A DNA stretch of 64,000 bases from Opitutia bacterium (lineage in GTDB: Bacteria; Verrucomicrobiota; Verrucomicrobiia; Opitutales; Opitutaceae): assembly GCA_016187945.1 (NCBI GenBank), contig JACPIT010000004.1:306854-370853 (forward strand), given 5' to 3'. The notes beneath the pieces were generated by a model. The model was given only the letters and a program-made list of their open reading frames with translations. It searched no databases and was not told the origin of the DNA. Both the position numbers and the translations under genes were made by a program. Shown piece after piece: positions 56,960 through 64,000 of the stretch. Position 1 is the stretch's first letter. The number at the start of each line of letters is the position of its first letter.

Positions 56960-58267
56960 ATGAAGAACCCCTACTCCGACTACGCTGCCAAGGCGGTGTC
57001 CCCCGCGGAGGTCGTGAAGCTCATCCCCAACGGCGCGCGCTGCTTCCTCCACGGCGCCGCCGCCACGCCCACCGCGCTCGTCGACGCGCTCGCCGCGCGC
57101 ACCGACCTCGAAGGCGTCCGCGTTTACCACGCGCACACCGAGGGCCGCCTCGCCATCGTCGGCCGCGAGTGCGAGGGCCGCGTGCGCTCCGTGTCGCTTT
57201 TCACCGGCCCCGCGGCGCGCACTGCGGTCGACGAAGGCCGCGCGGATTTCATGCCGGCGTTTCTCTCGGACATCCCGCATTTCTTCCGCTCGCGCCGCAT
57301 CCCGCTCGACGTCGCCATCGTGCAACTCTCCCCGCCGGACGAACACGGTTGGTGCACGCTTGGCACGTCGGTCGACGTCTCCCAAGCCGCCTTCGAGAGC
57401 GCGCCGATCATCCTCGCCGAAATCAACGAGCAGATGCCGCGCACGCGTGGTGAATCGTTCGTGCCGTTCTCGCGCATCAACGCCTTCATCGCCACCAACC
57501 GCCCGCTGCACCAGCACCCGCCCGAACCCGAAGGCCCCGTCGAGGGCCGCATCGGCGAGATCATCGCCGACCTCGTCGAAGACGGCTCGACGCTCCAGAT
57601 GGGCATCGGCGCCATCCCCGACGCCGTGCTCACGCGCCTCCACCACAAGCGCGACCTCGGCATCCACACCGAGATGTTCTCCGACCGCCTCGTGTCGCTC
57701 GTCGAGGCCGGCGCCGTGACGAACAAGTTCAAGGCCGTCTTCCCCGGCCGCATCCTCACGGCGTTCTGCGCCGGCACGCAGCGGACGTTCGATTTCATCC
57801 ACGACAACGCCTTCGTCACCTTCGCCGGCTCCGATCGCACGAACGACACCGCCACGATCCGCAAAAACCCGAAAGTCGTCGCGATCAACTCCGCCATCGA
57901 GATCGATCTCACCGGCCAGGTCTGCGCCGACTCGATGGGCCACGCGATCTACTCCGGCATCGGCGGCCAGATGGATTTCGTCCGCGGCGCCGCCCTCTCG
58001 CCCGGCGGCAAGCCGATCATCGCGCTCCCGGCCACCGCGAAAAGCGGCGCGATCTCGCGCATCACCGCCGAACTGAAACCCGGCGCCGGCGTCGTCACCA
58101 CGCGCGGCCACGTGCACTGGGTCGTCACCGAATACGGCGCGGTCAACCTCCAAGGCCTCACGCTCCGCGAGCGCGCCGAGGCTCTGATCTCGATCGCGCA
58201 CCCGGATTTTCGCCCCGAGTTGCGCCGCGCCGCGAACCGCCTCCGGCATTTCTGCTTCGCCGAGTAG
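56960..58267 (+). CDS. Acetyl-CoA hydrolase/transferase family protein (4-hydroxybutyrate CoA-transferase-like)
   Basis: LQMGIGAIPDAVL, INSAIEIDLTGQV and SGIGGQMDF. Confidence 0.8.
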   Translation: MKNPYSDYAAKAVSPAEVVKLIPNGARCFLHGAAATPTALVDALAARTDLEGVRVYHAHTEGRLAIVGRECEGRVRSVSLFTGPAARTAVDEGRADFMPAFLSDIPHFFRSRRIPLDVAIVQLSPPDEHGWCTLGTSVDVSQAAFESAPIILAEINEQMPRTRGESFVPFSRINAFIATNRPLHQHPPEPEGPVEGRIGEIIADLVEDGSTLQMGIGAIPDAVLTRLHHKRDLGIHTEMFSDRLVSLVEAGAVTNKFKAVFPGRILTAFCAGTQRTFDFIHDNAFVTFAGSDRTNDTATIRKNPKVVAINSAIEIDLTGQVCADSMGHAIYSGIGGQMDFVRGAALSPGGKPIIALPATAKSGAISRITAELKPGAGVVTTRGHVHWVVTEYGAVNLQGLTLRERAEALISIAHPDFRPELRRAANRLRHFCFAE

Positions 58268-58354
58268 GGCCGGCTTCAGCCGGCCCAAACCACCTCGTTC
58301 GCGAATATCGTGCGCGAACGCGTCTCCATCTGGGCCGGCTGAAGCCGGCCCTAC
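58264..58354. repeat. Inverted pair of GTAGGGCCGGCTTCAGCCGGCCC modules; the first contains the TAG stop of the preceding gene
   Basis: 58264..58286 is gtagggccggcttcagccggccc, and its exact reverse complement lies at 58332..58354. The stop codon is 58265..58267. Confidence 0.8.
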
Positions 58355-58513
58355 CGCCCGGCCCGCAACGCTTCCTACGGAACGGCGATATAATATCGCC
58401 GCTCCACCCGCGCCGACCGCGCGCGCCGCGCCTCCTCCCCCCGCCCCTCCGCGATTGCCGCCGCGCGCCGATCTGCTCTGCTCCACCGCCACGCCGCCAC
58501 GCCCACTCCCGCC

Positions 58514-59521
58514 ATGCCGATCACCGTCGCCTTCTTCGACACCAAGCCCTACGACCGCGAATACTTCACCGCCGCCGCCGCGACCCACGGCGACCTCGAG
58601 CTGCGTTTCCTCGAACACCGGCTGACCGAGAACACCGTCATCACCGCGCAAGGCGCCGCCGCCGTCTGCTGCTTCGTCAACGACCGCCTCGACGCCAAAA
58701 TCCTCACGCGCCTCCGCGACGCCGGCGTCCGCCACGTCGCGCTCCGCTGCGCCGGCTTCAACAACGCCGACCTCGCCGCCGCCAAGGAACTCGGCCTCGC
58801 CGTCACGCGCGTCCCCGCCTACTCGCCACACGCCGTCGCCGAGCACACCGTCGCGCTCCTCCTCACGCTCAACCGCAAGATCCACCGCGCCCACAATCGC
58901 GTGCGCGAACAGAATTTCTCCCTCGCCGGCCTCGTCGGCTTCGACCTCCACGGCAAGACCGCCGGCATCGTCGGCACGGGCAAGATCGGCCGACTCACCG
59001 CCGAAATCCTCCGCGGCTTCGGCATGCGCGTGCTCGCCCACGACCCGTTCCCCGACGCCGTCTGGGCCGCGCAACACCGCATCAGCTACGTCTCGAAAAC
59101 CGAACTCTTCGCGCAGAGCGACGTCATCTCGCTGCACTCGCCGCTCACGCCCGACACGCACCACCTCGTCAACGAGCCCACGCTCGCCGTCCTGAAACGC
59201 GGCGCCTACCTCGTGAACACCAGCCGCGGCAAACTCATCGACACCGCCGCCCTCATCGAAGCGCTGAAATCCGGCCGCGTCGGCGGCGTCGCGCTCGACG
59301 TCTACGAGGAGGAGGAAGGCGTGTTCTTCGAGGATCACTCCGACCACGTTCTCGCCGACGACGAACTCGCGCGCCTGCTCACCTTCCCGAACGTCCTCAT
59401 CACCGCGCACCAAGCCTTCCTCACGCGCGAAGCCCTGAGCGAGATCGCCCGCGTCACCACGGAGAACCTCCGCCGCCGCGCCGCCGGCACGCCCTTCCTC
59501 GACGGCACGCAGCTCGCGTGA
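58514..59521 (+). CDS. ldhA: D-lactate dehydrogenase (D-isomer-specific 2-hydroxyacid dehydrogenase)
   Basis: Collinear with E. coli LdhA as I recall it: ALRCAGFNN, VPAYSPHAVAEH, GKTAGIVGTGKIG, VNTSRG, and FFED...LITAHQAFLT. Confidence 0.85.
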   Translation: MPITVAFFDTKPYDREYFTAAAATHGDLELRFLEHRLTENTVITAQGAAAVCCFVNDRLDAKILTRLRDAGVRHVALRCAGFNNADLAAAKELGLAVTRVPAYSPHAVAEHTVALLLTLNRKIHRAHNRVREQNFSLAGLVGFDLHGKTAGIVGTGKIGRLTAEILRGFGMRVLAHDPFPDAVWAAQHRISYVSKTELFAQSDVISLHSPLTPDTHHLVNEPTLAVLKRGAYLVNTSRGKLIDTAALIEALKSGRVGGVALDVYEEEEGVFFEDHSDHVLADDELARLLTFPNVLITAHQAFLTREALSEIARVTTENLRRRAAGTPFLDGTQLA

Positions 59522-59695
59522 GGGTGGAACGCGTTGCCCCCAACGCGTTCAGAAACTCCCGCCGCGGACCACGTCGATCGAGCGCGTTGAGGTCAACGCG
59601 CTCCACCTCGCTGCACGCCTCGTAGCCCCTTCTATCACTCACCGCACTCTTGCCAACGCGCGCCGCCGCGCCTCCGCTCGTCGCTCCACCGCGCA

Positions 59696-60793
59696 ATGCC
59701 CCTCCTCGCCGCCATGACCGCCGCTCTCACCATCTTCGTCGGAACCTACACGCCCAAAGACGGCGCCAGCCGCGGCATCTACGCCGTGCAACTCGACGCC
59801 GCCACCGGCACCCTCTCCGCGCCGACGCTCGCCGCCGAGACGCCCAACCCGACCTTCCTCGCCTGGCACCCGTCGCACCGCGCGCTCTACGCGCTCGGCG
59901 TCGGCCCCGACTCCGCTAGCCAGTCCACCGGCGGCGCCGTCGCCTTCGCCTACGACGCCGCCACGAAAAAACTCGCCCCGCTCAACGCCCGCGGCGCCGG
60001 CAGCTCGCTCATGGCCCACCTCGACGTCGACGCCACCGGCCGCCTCCTCGTCACCGCGAGCTACCACGGCGGTTTCCTCGCGACGTTCCCCATCGGCACC
60101 GACCTGCAACTCGGCGCGTGCACCGGCGTGCTTTCGCTCAGCGGCCAACTCGGCCCGAAAACCGCGCGCCAGGACAAACCGCACGCGCACTCCGTCACCT
60201 TCTCGCCCGACAACCGCTTCGCCTATGTCTGCGACCTCGGCCTCGACCGCATCTTCGTCTACGCCGTCGACCCCGCGCACGCCACGCTGACGCCCGCCGG
60301 CGAATTCGCCACCGCGCCCGGCGCCGGCCCGCGCCACAGCAAAATCTCCGCCGACGGCCGCTTCTTCTACGCCATCGACGAACTCGACTCCACCATCGCC
60401 GTCTTCGCCCGCGACCTCGCCACCGGCGCGCTCACGCCGCTCCAAACTCTCTCGACGCTCCCGTCCGATTTCCACGGCGAAAACATCTGCGCCGAGATCC
60501 GCCTGCACCCGAACGGCCGCTTCGTCTACGGCTCGAATCGCGGGCACGACAGCCTCGCCGTCTTCGCGCGCGATCCCGAGCGCGGCACGCTCTCGCTCGT
60601 GCAAATCCTCCCCTGCGGCGGCAAGCACCCGCGCAACTTCGCCCTCTCGCCCGACGGCGCGTGGCTCGTCTGCGCCAACCGCGACAGCGACAACCTCGTG
60701 AGCTTCGCCCTCGACGCCGCCACCGGCCGCCTCGCGCCGACCGGCCACACCGCGAACGTGCCGCAAGCCGTCTGCGTGCTCTTCGCCAAGTAG
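59696..60793 (+). CDS. pgl: Lactonase, 7-bladed beta-propeller family (6-phosphogluconolactonase-like)
   Basis: Repeated blade pattern. HAHSVTFSPDNRFAYVCDLGLDRI and GAGPRHSKISADGRFFYAIDEL resemble YbhE. Confidence 0.7.
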   Translation: MPLLAAMTAALTIFVGTYTPKDGASRGIYAVQLDAATGTLSAPTLAAETPNPTFLAWHPSHRALYALGVGPDSASQSTGGAVAFAYDAATKKLAPLNARGAGSSLMAHLDVDATGRLLVTASYHGGFLATFPIGTDLQLGACTGVLSLSGQLGPKTARQDKPHAHSVTFSPDNRFAYVCDLGLDRIFVYAVDPAHATLTPAGEFATAPGAGPRHSKISADGRFFYAIDELDSTIAVFARDLATGALTPLQTLSTLPSDFHGENICAEIRLHPNGRFVYGSNRGHDSLAVFARDPERGTLSLVQILPCGGKHPRNFALSPDGAWLVCANRDSDNLVSFALDAATGRLAPTGHTANVPQAVCVLFAK

Positions 60794-61016
60794 GACCGGC
60801 TTCAGCCGGTCCAAACGAATCCCCGCTCGCCGCTCGTCGCGGCAAACCGCGCCGCAACGCCGAGCGGACGAGTTCGGCGAGACTGACGTCGGTGTTGCTT
60901 CGCGGCCGAAGCCGCCCCCACCCGCTCGCGTCGCCCGCCGTCGGGACATTCCCCGCAAGGCATTGGCTTGCCGTGCCGCGCCGTGGAGTTAGCGTGGCCG
61001 CGATTTCGCGCGCACC

Positions 61017-62315
61017 GTGAGTCTTCCCCGCTCCCGTCTCCTCCGCCGGCTCCTCGCTTGCGCCTCGCTCGCGTTGGCCGCCGCCCCGCTCCGCGCCGAA
61101 GACGCCTCGCTCCAGCAACTCCTCGAACAAAACCGCCAGCTCCTCGAGCAGGTGAAGGCGCAGCAAAAACAGATCGACGACCTTCGCGCCCGCCTCGATC
61201 GCGTCGAAGACCGCTCCGCCACCGCGCCGTCCGCCAGCCGCCGCGCCTCCGCCGGCGAGCGCGACCGCTCGATCCGCCTCAGCGGCGAGGCCAGTTTCGG
61301 TTTCTTCCGCAGCGGCGCCGACGGCTGGGCGCCCAACTCCGATTTCCGCGTCGACGACGCCCGCGTGTTCCTCGAAGCCCCCGTCTGGCGCAACGTCTAC
61401 TTCTTCGGCAGCGTCGAAATCACGACCCGCGAGGCGAGCGACGAGTATTTCCACGCCGGCGAAATCTACCTCGACGTCGAGAACCTCTGGACCGCGGGCC
61501 GCGCCGCCACGCTCTCGCTGCGCGCCGGCCGCTTCAACCTTCCGTTCGGCGAGGAATACCAGGTCCGCAACGTCATCGACAACCCGCTCGTCACGCACTC
61601 GCTCGCCGACATCTGGGGCATCGACGAAGGCGTGCAGCTCTACGGCGCGCTCGGCCGCGTGCGCTACAACCTCGCCGTGCAAAACGGCGGCCACAAGACG
61701 CTGCGCGATTTCGATCCCGACAAAGCCGTGATCGCGCGCCTCGCGCTCGACGCCACGCCTCGCCTCACGCTCAGCGCGAGCGCCATGCGCACCGGCGACC
61801 TCAACGTCGCCAACGACGTCCTCTCCGAAGTCTGGTTCGCCAACGCCTTTTTCCGCGCGCTCGGCCCCGCCGCGACCACGCGCACCTTCGCCGCGCAACT
61901 CGCCGAACTCGACGCCGCCTACCGCTGGCGCACCGGCCACCTCAAGGCCGCCTACGGCTGGGCGAGCTTCGACGACGACAGCACCACCGCCGACTTCTCC
62001 CGCGACCTCACTTTCTACCGCCTCGAAGCGCGCCAGCAACTCGGCAGCCCGCTCTTCGCCGCCGCTCGTTACAGCGCCATCGACGCGCCCGGCGGCTACC
62101 CGCTCGCCGGCCTCGGCGCCGCCGGCAAGTATTTCTACAACCCCTTCGCTCCGCTCACGCGCGACCTGCACCGCCTGAGCCTCGGCCTCGGCTACCGCTT
62201 CGCCGATCCGCTCGTCTGGAAATTCGAATACACCTTCGAGCACGGCCGCCTCGTCAACGGCGCCAAACGCGCCGACGAAGACATGCTCTCCACGCTCCTC
62301 GGCATCCGCTTCTGA
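61017..62315 (+). CDS. Outer-membrane porin-like beta-barrel with an N-terminal coiled coil
   Basis: GTG start checked. Signal peptide ...LALAAAPLRA, coiled coil LQQLLEQNRQLLEQVKAQQKQIDDLRARLDRVE, then alternating beta-strand pattern with terminal ...LLGIRF. Confidence 0.65.
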   Translation: MSLPRSRLLRRLLACASLALAAAPLRAEDASLQQLLEQNRQLLEQVKAQQKQIDDLRARLDRVEDRSATAPSASRRASAGERDRSIRLSGEASFGFFRSGADGWAPNSDFRVDDARVFLEAPVWRNVYFFGSVEITTREASDEYFHAGEIYLDVENLWTAGRAATLSLRAGRFNLPFGEEYQVRNVIDNPLVTHSLADIWGIDEGVQLYGALGRVRYNLAVQNGGHKTLRDFDPDKAVIARLALDATPRLTLSASAMRTGDLNVANDVLSEVWFANAFFRALGPAATTRTFAAQLAELDAAYRWRTGHLKAAYGWASFDDDSTTADFSRDLTFYRLEARQQLGSPLFAAARYSAIDAPGGYPLAGLGAAGKYFYNPFAPLTRDLHRLSLGLGYRFADPLVWKFEYTFEHGRLVNGAKRADEDMLSTLLGIRF

Positions 62316-62487
62316 CATGATGCTTTCAATCCGCGCCTCACAGCCACGCAACTCGAGGTGGAGCGCATTGACCTCAATGCACTCGAACTCCCGCCCCGCA
62401 TCGCAGCTTTCCGAACGCGTTGAGGTCAACGCGTTCCACCTCGGCCCACGCGTCCCGTTCTCATTTTTTGCGTCCTTTGTGCTTTTT

Positions 62488-63201
62488 GTGGCCAAACCTT
62501 CTGAGAAATTCCGGTTGATCCGCGCCGCCCTGCCGCTCGTGCTCCTCGCCGTCATTCTCGCCGCGTCCGCCTCCGCCGGCACGATCACCGGCACCGTCAT
62601 CGCCCGCGGCGCCACCGACGCCCCAGACGCCACCGGCGGCGACGCCTACGCGAGCCGCCGCTACAAGTTCGTCGAGCGCGTCGACTACGACCAGCTCCAC
62701 GACTTCGTCGTGAACATCGAGGGCGAGTTCGTCGGCGAGAAATTTTCGCCGCCCGCCAAAGCCGCCGTCGTCAGCCAGCAGGACGCCAGCTTCGTCCCAC
62801 ACGTGCTGCCGATCCTCGTCGGCACCACCGTCGAGTGGCCGAACCTCGACGACATTTACCACAACGTCTTCTGCATGGCCGATACCAAGCAGTTCGACCT
62901 CGGCCTCTACGACCGCGACCACCCGGCGAAACGCGTCGTGTTCGACAAGACCGGCCGCGCCGACGTGTTCTGCTCCATCCACGCCAAGATGCACTGCATC
63001 GTCCTCGTGTTCGCGAATCCCTTTTTCGCCACCACCGACGACCGCGGCCGTTTCACCCTGCGCGACGTCCCCGCCGGCGCCTACCGCCTCCGCGCCTGGC
63101 ACGAACGCGTGCCGAGTCAGGTGAAGGAAATCGTGGTCCCCGCCGACGGCGAAGTGCGCGTCGACTTCGTCCTCGGCCCCGGCAATCTGCCGAAATACTG
63201 A
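62488..63201 (+). CDS. Periplasmic cupredoxin-like + CarboxypepD_reg-like domain protein
   Basis: Candidate type-1 Cu ligand pattern: YHNVF ... FCSIHAKM. The C-terminus reads GRFTLRDVPAGAYRLRAWHE. The start is GTG 62488 or TTG 62515; the ORF upstream of it runs through hairpin repeats. Confidence 0.55.
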   Translation: MAKPSEKFRLIRAALPLVLLAVILAASASAGTITGTVIARGATDAPDATGGDAYASRRYKFVERVDYDQLHDFVVNIEGEFVGEKFSPPAKAAVVSQQDASFVPHVLPILVGTTVEWPNLDDIYHNVFCMADTKQFDLGLYDRDHPAKRVVFDKTGRADVFCSIHAKMHCIVLVFANPFFATTDDRGRFTLRDVPAGAYRLRAWHERVPSQVKEIVVPADGEVRVDFVLGPGNLPKY

Positions 63202-63206
63202 CCGCC

Positions 63207-64000
63207 ATGCCCGCTCCGGAACAGAAGGTGCGCCTGAGTTTCCAGCTCAAGGTGCTCGTGCCCGTGCTCGCCGCACTCGTGCTGCTTCCTTCCGTCACGC
63301 TCTGGATCGTCAACGGCTACATCAGCCACCAAGTCCAGTCCGAGGCCCGCCAGGCGCTCGACACCGCCGAAGCCGTTTTCCTCAACTCGCTCGACATCCG
63401 CACGCGCAACCTCGTCTCGCGCTTCCGCGGCCTCGTCAACGAACCGCGCTTCAAAGGCAACGCCTCCACCGGCGACGCCAAGACGCTCAACATCTACCTG
63501 CGCGACCTGCTCGACGAGTTTCAGGACGACACCGAACTCGTCCTCTTCACGCCGCTCGCCGGCACCTGGCTCGCCAGCGCCCAGCGCGACGCCGGCACCA
63601 ACCTCGCCGAATTCCAATCCGCCATCGCCCCGAGCGTGCGCCTCGCGCAAAGCGGCGCGCTCGACGCCCGCCTCATCGCCGTCGGCGGCAAGACCTGGAA
63701 CGTCGTCTCCATCCCCGTCGCGCTCAGCGAAGGCGCCGCGCCCATCGGCGCGCTCTCCGTCGCCACGCGCCTCGGCGAGTCAGCCATGCAGGAACTCAAA
63801 GGTCTGACGCACGCCGACATTTTTCTCCTCGCCGGCGAAACCATCTCCGCCTCCACCATCCGCCGCCCCGTCCTCCCCGCCGCGCTCTCCGCTTCCACCG
63901 CGCCCGCCGCCGGCCGCCGCATCGTCCCCGTCGAACTCGAAGGCGAGCACTACTTCGCGCTCACCGACGACTACCGCCCCGCCGGCGCCTCGGGCAACCT
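63207..64000 (+). CDS. Membrane sensor protein, N-terminal part (3' end outside the window; absent from the ORF track)
   Basis: Hand translation from ATG 63207 (MPAPEQKVRLSFQLKVLVPVLAALVLLPSVTLWIV...) stays open to base 64000. It has a TM segment followed by a periplasmic-looking domain. Confidence 0.55.
   Translation, partial: MPAPEQKVRLSFQLKVLVPVLAALVLLPSVTLWIVNGYISHQVQSEARQALDTAEAVFLNSLDIRTRNLVSRFRGLVNEPRFKGNASTGDAKTLNIYLRDLLDEFQDDTELVLFTPLAGTWLASAQRDAGTNLAEFQSAIAPSVRLAQSGALDARLIAVGGKTWNVVSIPVALSEGAAPIGALSVATRLGESAMQELKGLTHADIFLLAGETISASTIRRPVLPAALSASTAPAAGRRIVPVELEGEHYFALTDDYRPAGASGN

Noticed and set aside
56930-59413. 827-aa minus-strand ORF
   Set aside because: It spans two well-supported plus-strand genes (the CoA-transferase and ldhA) plus the repeat-filled spacer between them, so it cannot be a single real gene. 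Its composition is Gly/Asp/Glu/Arg/Val-rich.
60432-62633. 733-aa minus-strand ORF
   Set aside because: It is antisense to the lactonase 3' end, the porin and the hairpin repeats, with the same shadow-frame composition.
1-64000. Search by eye for tRNA, rRNA, tmRNA, CRISPR arrays, integrases, transposases and prophage genes
   Set aside because: None was found. The intergenic regions are accounted for by hairpin or palindromic repeat families, and no cloverleaf-like or rRNA-like sequence was recognised. A covariance-model scan (tRNAscan-SE or Infernal) would be needed to exclude small ncRNAs or riboswitches.

Overview
The window is a very GC-rich, GC3-saturated chromosomal segment. Gene content (Bacteroidetes/PVC-type parE/parC, a duplicated MacB/FtsX 'ADOP' permease, many palindromic intergenic word repeats) suggests a Verrucomicrobia/Opitutaceae-like genome, but that placement is inference. 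I support about 55 protein genes. Calls rest on motifs I recognise in the supplied translations, because I could run no searches.

Main gene content:
- Replication: parE (5' truncated) and parC, split by a LytS/LytTR two-component system and a HAF-repeat protein.
- Stress: a BON/DUF3185/DUF3568/DUF1328 small-protein cluster.
- Uptake and envelope: a TonB-dependent receptor, a fused membrane spermidine-synthase-like protein, a GH9 lipoprotein, a duplicated ABC permease, and a porin/cupredoxin/sensor triad that runs off the 3' end.
- Signalling: a 1309-aa hybrid histidine kinase, CheX, and an MCP.
- Metabolism: KorAB, adk, tdk, two CoA-transferases, ldhA and a lactonase.
- Other: an Uup-type ABC-F ATPase, and a YafY/WYL-regulated run of VOC/SRPBCC/SnoaL genes.

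I found no rRNA, tRNA, CRISPR array, integrase or transposase.

The best candidate for something new is a lower-GC islet at about 8.7-11.0 kb. It holds a tightly linked pair: a stand-alone DUF3427-like putative modified-DNA reader and an HNH_2 nuclease. The pair abuts a 5'-deleted vsr remnant and a 169-bp MITE-like element. I read it as a split type IV (modification-dependent) restriction module that replaced a dcm-vsr locus.

The second theme is a dense intergenic repeat system:
- a hairpin module whose first bases supply the TAG stop codon of three genes;
- a composite hairpin unit flanking a CoA-transferase gene on both sides;
- long perfect palindromes, and two 169-bp MITE copies.

Start codons marked as uncertain are best guesses. 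The ORF track prints GTG/TTG starts as M.
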